A DNA stretch of 35,737 bases, taken from IMG/VR virus record IMGVR_UViG_3300037465_000254, positions 1 to 35,737 of that record; one strand, written 5' to 3'. Both the position numbers and the translations under genes were made by a program. The notes below the pieces were generated by a model. It saw nothing but the letters and a program-made list of their open reading frames with translations, was not told where the DNA came from and made no database searches. Each line of letters begins with the position of its first letter. The first letter of the stretch is position 1. Source of the stretch: a virus. Lineage: Duplodnaviria > Caudoviricetes. Of this stretch, positions 1 to 8,460 are shown in pieces.

Positions 1-115
1 CCAGCAGGCTCTCGGCGTCCTGACCGGACACCTGCGCCAGCAGCTGGTCCAGCAGCTCAGGGGGAAACGGCCCTGGCGCCTTGCGCTTGCGCACCTTCTT
101 CGTCGTATCGGTCAT
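1..115 (-). CDS. IS256-family transposase, N-terminal fragment (partial)
   Basis: My translation is MTDTTKKVRKRKAPGPFPPELLDQLLAQVSGQDAESLL. The 'ELLDQLLA...AESLL' pattern is typical of IS256 transposase N-termini. RBS at 121-129. Not in the ORF track. Confidence 0.8.
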   Translation of the reverse strand, partial: MTDTTKKVRKRKAPGPFPPELLDQLLAQVSGQDAESLL

Positions 116-173
116 TCCTGCCTCCTTCTCTCAGCATGGTATGACCTCTACACACAAAAATCCGGACAGGATC
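1..173 (-). mobile_element. Left end of an IS256-family insertion sequence (continues beyond the window)
   Basis: The minus strand from 173 reads GATCCTGTCCGGATTTTTGTGTGTAGAGGTC, which resembles IS256-family terminal repeats. It is followed by an AGAAGGAGG RBS and a transposase-like start, and it interrupts a methyltransferase ORF. Confidence 0.8.
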
Positions 174-1047
174 GTCTTCGTATACGCAAGGCGGCCCTGT
201 TCAGCGAATTGTCGCATGTTCTCTTTTGAATACGCCCAAATCCGACCTCTGTAGGGCTTCACGCCTTGATACCCCCAATCCTCTTTCGGAGTTTTCCATT
301 CATCATCTAAATCGGCCTGCCACGGCCCGGCCAAGTAGCGCTTCACCCGCCACTCGTATGTCGTGTCGCCACCAGGTTTAGCGGCAGTGAGGTTATCCAT
401 TTGATACCGACGACCGCTTTCTGGCTCTATATGTTTGTAAAATGCGTCCACATATCCTTGATCATAAGGCAGGTAAATCCAGTTCCATTTCCATTCATCC
501 GTCTTTGTGTAGAACAATATGACATCCCGGATGTTTCCGTACTGTTTCCGGCCTTGTTTTGCATCACTGTGAGCGATGCTTCGCCGCCAGCTAATCTCCG
601 AGCGAAAACACCGCGCACCGAAGATCGCATCGAGCAGTAGCTTCAGGTAGTGACTCGCTGTCGGATCGCAGTGAAGGTAAATCGAACCCGTGGGTTTTAG
701 AACGCGGTGCAACTCTATCAAGCGGATGGCCATCATCGCGAGATAAGCCATCATGTCGTTCTCTCCTAAGAACGACCGCATGGCCCGGAGCATTTCCGCG
801 GCGTTCGTATTGCCGCTGCGCATGACTTCATCAAAGGACTGCTCGGCAGAGGCGTTCCAATGCCAAGGTCCTCGAACGCTTCGATTTGAGCCTTTGACTG
901 CTCCCCTGTTGGGCTCCGGAAAAGGACGTTATATGTCGCCTGCGAGTTGAACGGCGGATCCAGATAAATCAGATCCACGCATTCGTCCGGGAATCGCTCG
1001 CGGTCACGGAGAACTTCAAGATTGTCGCCGTAGTAAAGGGCGCTCAT
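174..1047 (-). pseudogene. Site-specific DNA amino-methyltransferase (N6-A/N4-C, DPPF motif), frameshifted and IS-truncated
   Basis: 'LYYGDNLEVL...VDLIYLDPPFNS' is in one frame and 'HRVLKPTGSIYLHCDPTASHYLK' in another. Adding one base at 867/868 restores EAFED-TWHW. After 'LAYTKT' the ORF runs into the IS end, and no FxGxG SAM motif remains in the window. Confidence 0.88.
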
Positions 1048-1158
1048 CAGATAGCCGCCGTTCTTCTTGGATTCATTGTTCCGGCTGCGGTCGCCGGCCG
1101 CACGCCCCGACCAGGCCCAGAGGCGTGTTTTTGAATACTCTACAGCGCCGCCCCGAAA

Positions 1159-1171
1159 GATCAATAAGTTG
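1159..1171 (+). promoter_or_regulatory. IHF-like site
   Basis: GATCAATAAGTTG has one mismatch to WATCAANNNNTTR and lies in an intergenic region. Confidence 0.4.
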
Positions 1172-1221
1172 CGAGCGGCGGCAGCACGAGCCGCCGCAAG
1201 GGACGGCACCGCCCTCGGAGT

Positions 1222-1425
1222 TTATCGGACGGAGACCCTAGTTGCCTTCAGCCCCTTCGGGCCGGGTTGCGCCTCGAACTGGACCGTCTGGCCGTCCTTC
1301 AAAGTCCGCCGGCCGGTTCCCTCGATGACCTTGTAGTGCACGAACACGTCCGGCCCGCCGGCAGCCGGCGTGATGAAGCCCCACCCCTTCTCATCGTTGA
1401 ACCACTTCACCGTTCCCCTCTGCAT
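1222..1425 (-). CDS. Cold-shock domain protein (CspA family), 67 aa
   Basis: '[15 protein letters not shown]' (RNP1) and 'DVFVHY' (RNP2). A GGAGG RBS precedes ATG 1425, so the ORF-track start at 1521 is too long. Confidence 0.95.
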   Translation of the reverse strand: MQRGTVKWFNDEKGWGFITPAAGGPDVFVHYKVIEGTGRRTLKDGQTVQFEAQPGPKGLKATRVSVR

Positions 1426-1452
1426 TGCTGCGTTTCCTCCGTCTGCTAGACT
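1425..1452 (+). promoter_or_regulatory. Putative sigma70 promoter for the lipoprotein gene
   Basis: TTGCTG (1425-1430), 16-nt spacer, extended -10 TGcTAGACT (1444-1452). Confidence 0.45.
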
Positions 1453-1460
1453 TTTCAGCG

Positions 1461-1823
1461 ATGCTCGTTCCCCGCGTCCTGGTGTTCCCCGTCTGCGTGG
1501 CCCTGAGCGCCTGCGCGACACCTGAGACGCGCCGCGCCCAGGAACCCGATGTCATCTTCGAAACTTCTCGCCCAGCCTCCGAGGTCGCCGACTGCATTGC
1601 CGCTCAGTGGGACGAGACCGCATGGGCTCCCGTGACGCGCCGACATTCAGAGGGACGCGAGACCGTCTTTCGTCATGACGAATGGACGTACGGCGTCATA
1701 TTCTTGGCTGACGTTGATCCGACTGACACTGGCTCCCGCGTTCAATACTTCGATCAGGTGTTTTTTGGCCGCGAGAAGGTCCGCGCAGGACTCATGGCCT
1801 GTGCCGATCAATCGTCTGGCTGA
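1461..1823 (+). CDS. Small lipoprotein, antisense to the late operon
   Basis: Signal peptide with lipobox '[13 protein letters not shown]' followed by a globular-looking domain of about 100 aa. Confidence 0.75.
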   Translation: MLVPRVLVFPVCVALSACATPETRRAQEPDVIFETSRPASEVADCIAAQWDETAWAPVTRRHSEGRETVFRHDEWTYGVIFLADVDPTDTGSRVQYFDQVFFGREKVRAGLMACADQSSG

Positions 1824-2194
1824 ATAGTAGGCGGCGGCGGTAGGTTGAGCGCAGCGAGGGCGGCGAGTTGCTTCCGCGCGCGATGCGCTCGCAGCGCCTC
1901 GACCTCCAGGTTCTTGCCGAGGACGACTGCCGGGTCGCCATCCGATAGGCCGAGCTGGAAAACGTGCTCCCCTGGCTCGAGTCCGTAGTCCTCCTCCGTG
2001 CCATCCTCGTTGACGCCGCACGGCTTGCATCTGTGCACGATACGATCTCCGACGACCTCGGTAGTCACGCAGACCTTGACGCGAGTCCGCGCCGCGCCGT
2101 CCTCCACCTCCAGCACGAAGTCGCCCGGCTTGAGGCCTTTCTCTTGGCCGGTTTTGTCGGTGATCTTGCCGCCGCGCTCCAAGAACTCTTTCAT
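1808..2194 (-). CDS. Hypothetical protein at the end of the tail operon
   Basis: 128-aa ORF with a GAGGG RBS, 10 nt after the previous stop. Confidence 0.7.
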   Translation of the reverse strand: MKEFLERGGKITDKTGQEKGLKPGDFVLEVEDGAARTRVKVCVTTEVVGDRIVHRCKPCGVNEDGTEEDYGLEPGEHVFQLGLSDGDPAVVLGKNLEVEALRAHRARKQLAALAALNLPPPPTIQPDD

Positions 2195-2204
2195 TGGCCC
2201 GCCC

Positions 2205-2771
2205 TCACTGGAATACGACCGGGGCGTCGGCACTCATCCGGACGACGAACCCGGTCGACGTCCAGACGTCCAGCTCCGCGGCACCGTAGACGCCGCCGCC
2301 GCCGCCGACGGTCGGCGTGGAACCGATCGACGAGCCCTCAAGGAAGCCACCGTCCGGGACACCGGTGATCGTCTCGTACTCCTCGGCGCCGATATCTGAG
2401 GCCTGCACGATCTCGATGGCGCTGATCGTAGTTTCTGCCGTCTCGAGCTGGCCCGCTGCCGTCAGCACGCTGCCGACGTCGATCTCCACGATCTCTGGAT
2501 TCGCTGCGATATAACCGTACGTTCCCTGATGCGCCTGGCCAGCGCCGACGAAGCGCACGGCGAGACCATGCCGAAGAGCGAACGGCTGGAAGCGGTGCGA
2601 TGCGACGTACGCCGGACCGCTGCCATCCGGTGTCGTGAAGTAGACGGGATAGGTCTCCGCGATCTGTACCGGATTCGGCTTCGCGGCACGCAGCGACCGC
2701 AGGCCGAGATTCTCCAGGTCCTTCAACGTCGCGAGCCCGAAGAAGTGAGCGATGCGCTGGACTATGTTCAT
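2205..2771 (-). CDS. Hypothetical tail-associated protein
   Basis: 188-aa ORF with an AGGAGG RBS overlapping the tail-tip stop; beta-rich with a Gly linker. Confidence 0.75.
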   Translation of the reverse strand: MNIVQRIAHFFGLATLKDLENLGLRSLRAAKPNPVQIAETYPVYFTTPDGSGPAYVASHRFQPFALRHGLAVRFVGAGQAHQGTYGYIAANPEIVEIDVGSVLTAAGQLETAETTISAIEIVQASDIGAEEYETITGVPDGGFLEGSSIGSTPTVGGGGGVYGAAELDVWTSTGFVVRMSADAPVVFQ

Positions 2772-2779
2772 GATGCCTC

Positions 2780-5700
2780 CTACGGCTTGCTCGGGTTGTG
2801 GGTGAAGATGAAGCGATCAGGCACCGCGCCGGCAGCGTAGGTCCGTCCGCCGACGTGAATATGCGCGACCTCCCGGGGACCGACGATGTCGTTGACCGAC
2901 ACGATCTGCTCCCAGCGGAACTCTCCTCTATCGAGGACCGCGACCTCGGCGTTTCTGCCCTCGCCGACTTCGATCGTGCTGCCGTCGCGCAGCGTGAGTG
3001 GCGTCGACCGCGAGCAGACCAGCCGGATCCCGGAGACAGTCACGAGCTCCACGCAGGGCTGCGGGCTGTGCCCGGCGGCCTCGACCGCCGCGAGCTCATA
3101 ACCGTCGGGGCAAAGGCACGTCACCAGGTCGCCGGCCGTGACGTCGGCCGCCCGCTTCGTCTGCGAGATCCACTGGTCGACAGCGACACAGGATCCGGGC
3201 GAGCCTCCGCCACCACCGCTGCCTCCATCTGACCCGGTCGTGAACGTGCCGAAGAAGATACGGTTGGGGTCGTTGACCGCAGTCTGCACGCTCGTCGTCG
3301 CCGCGTAGCTACCGCCGCCGTCCAGTTGCGGGTCGTCGCGATAGATGTGGTATTTGGTATTGAACGCCAGGCCGGACACGGAACCTGACGGGTAGCTGAT
3401 GACCCGGTTGCCGATGCGAAGCGTGGATGCCTGAAGGTTGATCGTTGCGGTCGAGCCCGCGTCGGTCCACCCGGTAATGGGGGTGACGTTGAATGCTGAG
3501 ACGAGCCCGCCGGAGAACAATCCCTGCGCAATGTCCACGCCCACGACACGGCGCATATAGCAGTCGTCGTAGAACGTGAGGGCGCTGCCTGCGGCGGTAG
3601 TCGCGCGCAGGCTTGGGATCACGTACACCGCGCCGGCTGGCGCAATAGCGGTCACGCTGCACCGCTGGTACGAGGTTGTGATCGTGTGGTCGGGGCCGAT
3701 GATGTTGGCCAGCTGCGTCTGCGTCTCGTCGTAGAACAGCAGCCGCACCGGAGCAAGGGTAAAGTTCGACCCACCGCTGCGGCGCGCCCACGCCTCGAAG
3801 TAGAACTGGTCCCCCTCCTGGCAGTTGAAATGCCGGAGCGGTCCTAGTCCGGACGAGCCGTTCAGCGACACGGTCGCCGCCGCCGTCTGTCCGGCAGGGT
3901 CGTACTTCAGGTGGTAGTTGCCACTTCGCGGGGCCGTCGTCACTACCGACCACGTGCCGCCAGACGGGTTGTCTGCGGCTGGGTACAGCTTCCCTGACTC
4001 GAAGCCGGGGTTCTTGATCAGGTTGTCGAATGAAAGAAACTCCTCAACTGCGAGCCAGCTCTGATTCATGATGGCGGAGGCGATCCACTCCAAGCCCATC
4101 GGCTCGCCGAAGAGCCCGCCGTCGAGGCAGTTGTCGCCGGACATTTCGACCCAACCTAGCGCCACGTCTCGATCCTGGATTGGCGTGAACGCCGACACAC
4201 TGGTGTTCGTGTCGTAGTACCACTGGCCCGTCGAATCCTTGTATGCGAGGACCGTGTGACGGGCCTGACCGCTGGCGGTAAACCGAGGTGTGCCGGGCTT
4301 CTGCGTGTCGAAGATCATGAACTTCTTAGGCTGACCGGCGCCGCTGCCGAGTATCGTGAAGCCGTCGCCGGCATCACGCGGAACGGTGATCTTGCTGCCG
4401 TTCCACATGATGAAACCGTCCTTCGTGAAGTCGGCGACGCCGTTCGTGAATCCGTGGAGGCAAATCTCGCCGGCGTTGGCGCCGCCGTTGGCGGCGGCGT
4501 TGAGCTTCATGCCGAGCCCTTTCGTCGCCACACTGGCGCCCGTCTCACCGGGGTTGGGAGTGACAGACGCGGACGTGGACCAGCCGGAATACTTGGCGCC
4601 CTTCTTCGCGCGGCAGCGGTAGTAGCGGAGCGTGCTCGTCGTGACGCGGTCGATGAACTGCGGATCCGGGGTGATCCGCGTCTTCTCGATCGATGAGAAA
4701 TTGGAAACCGTTGACCGCTGGAACTCGAAGGTGTCATACGCGTGCCGTCCGAGCGGATCGACTTCGACGAGGACGCCTTCGACCGTCGCGGTCAGCGTCA
4801 GATTTTCCGGTGTTGGCGGAACCTCGTTCGTCCGCCCAGGCGCAGCGGGAAACGTCCGGCTCGTGTAGTCGCCGGAAACGGTGTTGTATGTAGTCGCTAT
4901 CGCCTCAAGAAGCGTGAGGTCGGGGAACCCGTCCTCAGCCCATTTGTATTCGATGACGCGATAGGTCCCATTGAGCGTGGTATCGGGCAGGCTGATCGTC
5001 ACCACGTCCCAGAAATCCACGGCCAGGGCCTTCATGTTGCACTTCAGCTGTAGGATGCGCTGCTCGCGTGAACGGTTGACCTCGATGATGGCGCGCCGCT
5101 GGGCGCGAAATTCGTGGTCAATACCTGGTATGTGGAGCTCTCGGACCAACTGCTGCCCATCGTCCTCCGTCTCGTAGGTGCTGTTGGTCCGCAGCAGGCA
5201 CGTGGCCGGCTCGTAGTCGAGAGACGGCTGGACGTAGTTCACCTTGGAGGCATTCCAGAGCTGCCCGATCTCCGACTTGCTGTTGTAGACGATGTCGCCG
5301 CGGAGCCAGGCCTCGTCGATGGTATGCGAGGGAGCGTCGTAAGCCCCGGCAAACATGATCCACTTGCCGCGGATCCCGTCGTAGGTCACGACGCCAGCCA
5401 TTGCGTCGGCGATGTGTGACAAGTTCTCGTCGGGGTTCGGACTGTCTAGCACGCCGTTGAATCTGTACCGCGCCAAGCTGCCGGAAGGCGTACTGAAGGT
5501 CAGATCGCACTCGTTCGCTGCTCCTGCGACCGTGGTCCAGTCGATGAGGTCTGGATCGATACCTACGCCGAAATCCTTCTCGCGCATGAGCAGATACGTG
5601 GCTGCGATCAGGGCGGGATTGTCGGACCATGTCCATGTCGTCGGGTCGTCGGCGCGCTGGGTGCCGCTGCCGCCCCGAGTCGTGTCCTGGCGTACGTCGT

Positions 5701-6394
5701 AGCACATACACCCCGACACAACTCTGGAAATCTCCGGGACGCGGCCGCCGAAGACCTCCTGGAAGCGCGCCTCGCTCTTCTCCCCAGTGGGCCTAACGAA
5801 ACGAGCCACCGTGTAGGCGATGCCGCGCAGGCGATGGTCGGTGGTCCAGTCGGTTACGTTCGCGTCGAGGTCCGCGCTGGCTGCCTGACTATGGCTACCG
5901 AGGAAGGACTTGATCTGCACCATCGGGTGCCCCTCGTCGTCGAGCCAGTCCGCGTGCGTAACCCAGCCGTTTCCGTCTATGTTCCCCGCTGTGATGAGGC
6001 GCCCGTCGAGGTAGACGTCCCCCAAGGATTGAACGCCGTTTGCCGAACATAGGCAGTGCGCGATCGCGACCCAGTAGGACTCGCTGACCCCGTCCGTGCC
6101 CGGGTCGGCGGAGTGCTTTTTGTAGTTGTCGGAGACAGTGGCCGGGACCACATGCTTCCCGCCCATTCGGATCGTCCCGAAGACCAGGGGGATCGTGTCG
6201 AGGCCTCCGGCAGTGTTGCCGGCAATCGGTGGCGGCCTGAACTTCGGTGTGGGTGCCAGGAACTCGGCGACGCCGGAGAGAGTCATGCTGACGCCGGCGC
6301 TGATGAGGAAGGTCTTCAGCGGCGGCGGCAGCGGGAGGAACACGCCCGCGGCAATCAATACAACACCGAGGACGGCCTTAACTACCTTCGACAT
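2780..6394 (-). CDS. Tail tip / host-specificity protein (gpJ-like) with FN3-like, carbohydrate-binding and C-terminal Hint domains
   Basis: 'IPLVFGTIRMGG', 'HRLRGIAY' and 'WTWSDNPAL' tail-tip motifs; FN3-like 'YYRCRA...YSGWS'; CBM-like 'NLIKNPGFESG'; Hint-like 'CVAVDQWI...FIFTHN'. Confidence 0.9.
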   Translation of the reverse strand: MSKVVKAVLGVVLIAAGVFLPLPPPLKTFLISAGVSMTLSGVAEFLAPTPKFRPPPIAGNTAGGLDTIPLVFGTIRMGGKHVVPATVSDNYKKHSADPGTDGVSESYWVAIAHCLCSANGVQSLGDVYLDGRLITAGNIDGNGWVTHADWLDDEGHPMVQIKSFLGSHSQAASADLDANVTDWTTDHRLRGIAYTVARFVRPTGEKSEARFQEVFGGRVPEISRVVSGCMCYDVRQDTTRGGSGTQRADDPTTWTWSDNPALIAATYLLMREKDFGVGIDPDLIDWTTVAGAANECDLTFSTPSGSLARYRFNGVLDSPNPDENLSHIADAMAGVVTYDGIRGKWIMFAGAYDAPSHTIDEAWLRGDIVYNSKSEIGQLWNASKVNYVQPSLDYEPATCLLRTNSTYETEDDGQQLVRELHIPGIDHEFRAQRRAIIEVNRSREQRILQLKCNMKALAVDFWDVVTISLPDTTLNGTYRVIEYKWAEDGFPDLTLLEAIATTYNTVSGDYTSRTFPAAPGRTNEVPPTPENLTLTATVEGVLVEVDPLGRHAYDTFEFQRSTVSNFSSIEKTRITPDPQFIDRVTTSTLRYYRCRAKKGAKYSGWSTSASVTPNPGETGASVATKGLGMKLNAAANGGANAGEICLHGFTNGVADFTKDGFIMWNGSKITVPRDAGDGFTILGSGAGQPKKFMIFDTQKPGTPRFTASGQARHTVLAYKDSTGQWYYDTNTSVSAFTPIQDRDVALGWVEMSGDNCLDGGLFGEPMGLEWIASAIMNQSWLAVEEFLSFDNLIKNPGFESGKLYPAADNPSGGTWSVVTTAPRSGNYHLKYDPAGQTAAATVSLNGSSGLGPLRHFNCQEGDQFYFEAWARRSGGSNFTLAPVRLLFYDETQTQLANIIGPDHTITTSYQRCSVTAIAPAGAVYVIPSLRATTAAGSALTFYDDCYMRRVVGVDIAQGLFSGGLVSAFNVTPITGWTDAGSTATINLQASTLRIGNRVISYPSGSVSGLAFNTKYHIYRDDPQLDGGGSYAATTSVQTAVNDPNRIFFGTFTTGSDGGSGGGGGSPGSCVAVDQWISQTKRAADVTAGDLVTCLCPDGYELAAVEAAGHSPQPCVELVTVSGIRLVCSRSTPLTLRDGSTIEVGEGRNAEVAVLDRGEFRWEQIVSVNDIVGPREVAHIHVGGRTYAAGAVPDRFIFTHNPSKP

Positions 6395-6815
6395 GCCACG
6401 CCTTTCGCGCCACGGTCAGCGGAAACCGAATTAGTCCGTCCTCTGCTACCGCGACGATGCGGTGCCCTTCGCAAATACCGAGGCTCGTGCCCTCACCCCA
6501 GTCACCGAGTACCACGTCGTAGCGGCGAGCCTGCAGCGGCGCACAAGGCTCGCCGAAGAAATGCCGGCAGGCCGTCTCCAATGGGTGCTCCCCTGGCGCC
6601 CTGCTGCAGCCGTCAGCGCGGAGCGCGGCGTCGAGCGCGGCCATACCGCTGTCGTGGTCCTTGTACGTGCCAATCAGCCGGTCGAGGAGCCGACGGATGT
6701 CGTGCCTGCCGCTCTTCGCCCACGCAACCTCGCCGGCAAAGAGCGCGCAGTCCGTAACGCCGTATCGGTACGGCCGCGACTGCCACGCCGCTAGGACGTC
6801 GAGAACCTCTCGCAT
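6378..6815 (-). CDS. Tail assembly protein, NlpC/P60-like (gpK position)
   Basis: 'PYRYGVTDCALFA' motif and position directly upstream of the tail tip. Confidence 0.75.
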   Translation of the reverse strand: MREVLDVLAAWQSRPYRYGVTDCALFAGEVAWAKSGRHDIRRLLDRLIGTYKDHDSGMAALDAALRADGCSRAPGEHPLETACRHFFGEPCAPLQARRYDVVLGDWGEGTSLGICEGHRIVAVAEDGLIRFPLTVARKAWHVEGS

Positions 6816-7435
6816 CAGTGCAGGTTGACGTTAAAGTGTTGGCCGGCGCCGCCACCTCTACCGCCACCGCCGCCTGGACTCTGGATTTGCCCGCCCCACT
6901 CTGCCTGTGAGCGCGGTACCCGCGGCACGAGCTCGAGGCCGCGATCGCCACTGAAACGCCACTGCTGGTCGGCGTCCTGCGCGATCACGCGCCGCGGCCG
7001 CATGAAGCGCGCCTGCTCGGTCTCACAATTCAGTTCCAGGATCGCCCCCTTGTCGCTGATGGTGAGGCGCGGGGAGCTCGCCAATGCCCTGCCGATCGGG
7101 ATCAGCCCCGTGATGATCACGCCGTCCTCGTCCAGCACAGCGATTGAGAAAGTCATGGGTGCGAAGTGAATATCGCCCTCGATTGCGGAGCGGATGGAGG
7201 ACTCACCCGCCAGAAGGTGCAGCGCAATCCGGCCGGCCTTGCGGTCGGGTGCCACGCGGATCCCGGATATGCCCTGCAGCACGCCGGCTGCGTATGTGAC
7301 GCCGCCGGTCGATATGTCGTGATCGTGCGTCGTGTAGGCGAGCTCGCCGGCCGGGAACTGGATACGGACGAAATCCGCGCGCCGATAGCCTCTCGCGCTG
7401 ATCTCAGACTGTTGAGCCGAGTCGAGGACGGTCAT
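6815..7435 (-). CDS. Minor tail / baseplate hub-like protein (DUF2163-like)
   Basis: 'YTTHDHDI', 'DADQQWRFSGDRGLE' and 'WG' near the C-terminus; synteny. Confidence 0.7.
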   Translation of the reverse strand: MTVLDSAQQSEISARGYRRADFVRIQFPAGELAYTTHDHDISTGGVTYAAGVLQGISGIRVAPDRKAGRIALHLLAGESSIRSAIEGDIHFAPMTFSIAVLDEDGVIITGLIPIGRALASSPRLTISDKGAILELNCETEQARFMRPRRVIAQDADQQWRFSGDRGLELVPRVPRSQAEWGGQIQSPGGGGGRGGGAGQHFNVNLH

Positions 7436-8460
7436 GGCGCGAGGATGTCCTCCTCCAGCGTGACACTGAGATCCGCGAAGACGGCCTTGCTGTAGTTCAT
7501 CGCCAGGGGACTTTCCGGGAAGAAGGCGTAGAACTTCGGCCGATGGAAAATGACCACAGCGTTGTCGAGCATGGCTGTGCTCCGCATTGGCGGCTCAAAG
7601 TGGAGCCAGCCGAGGCCGGTTCCATCGCTGTTCAGGTCGGCGGTCAGGCGCTTCAGCTCCATCTTGGGATTCGCCTTGCCGTTGCCGATGGCGAGGTCCG
7701 TCAGGAAACTTACGAATTCTCCGGCCTTCAGGACGCCGTTCACCGATGCGTCCAGTCCCTTGATCTTGACCGCGCGTCCGATCTGATTGGCACCGTCCAC
7801 GGCAGCGCAGCGCGAGAGGGATGCCCCTGAATAGAAGAGGTGGTTGCCAGCTGCAGCCACGCGGCTGATGAGGCGCACCGTGTGGTTGCCGGTGTTCGCA
7901 GTCAGGGCGGCCACGACAAGAAGGCCTTCGGTCGCCGAGTTGAAGGTCACGAGGTTCGACCCAGCGACATCGTCGCGAAAGTCCATCCTGAAGAGGGCGT
8001 GCGAGCCGGCCATGCTGTGCGCCAGGAACGCATACCTACGGCCGGTGACGAGCGATACCGTCTCCTCCGCTCTCGCGACGTTTACGCCGTCGGCGTTGTT
8101 GATCCGCAGCCGACGTACTCCAGCAGAGATCGTCGCGTCGACCGCGCTCCAGCCAGTCGTGCCGTCGACAAAGTCGGGGTTGGGAAGGAGCTCCCGGAAG
8201 CCGACCGCGGAAGCGTCGTGCCGGTGCAGCACCTCAGCAGTCGTGTAGACGTCGGCCGGTTCGGCCTCGGCGAGCCACCTTTCCACCTCCCGGCGGTCGT
8301 CGTCGTGAAGGAGCGTCCAGCCGATATCGACGCGCCACCTGTCCCCAGGCAGTCGCTCGTGTTGGACCTGCCCATATGGGGACTTCTGGCGCCGGTCATT
8401 GCGCAGCAGCGCAGGCGTGATCTGAGCCGCGTACTTCGATGGCATTGGAACAACTCTCAC
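7432..8460 (-). CDS. Distal tail protein with an inserted carbohydrate-binding-like module
   Basis: Follows the tape measure gene (GTGA overlap). 'SPYG...PGDRW' and 'FEPPMR' flank an 'LLPNPDF..GTTGW' insert. Confidence 0.7.
   Translation of the reverse strand: MRVVPMPSKYAAQITPALLRNDRRQKSPYGQVQHERLPGDRWRVDIGWTLLHDDDRREVERWLAEAEPADVYTTAEVLHRHDASAVGFRELLPNPDFVDGTTGWSAVDATISAGVRRLRINNADGVNVARAEETVSLVTGRRYAFLAHSMAGSHALFRMDFRDDVAGSNLVTFNSATEGLLVVAALTANTGNHTVRLISRVAAAGNHLFYSGASLSRCAAVDGANQIGRAVKIKGLDASVNGVLKAGEFVSFLTDLAIGNGKANPKMELKRLTADLNSDGTGLGWLHFEPPMRSTAMLDNAVVIFHRPKFYAFFPESPLAMNYSKAVFADLSVTLEEDILAP

Noticed and set aside
860-872. Programmed frameshift in the methyltransferase
   Set aside because: No slippery sequence is present, and the gene is also cut by the IS.
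1050-1220. Prophage attachment site near the IHF-like motif
   Set aside because: No integrase, tRNA or duplicated core is visible in the window to support it.
2780-3190. Canonical splicing intein or homing element
   Set aside because: There is no endonuclease domain, the +1 residue is Pro, and only four residues follow the terminal Asn.
1808-6394. Diversity-generating retroelement or invertible tail-fibre cassette
   Set aside because: I saw no reverse transcriptase, invertase or template/variable repeat pair in the window.
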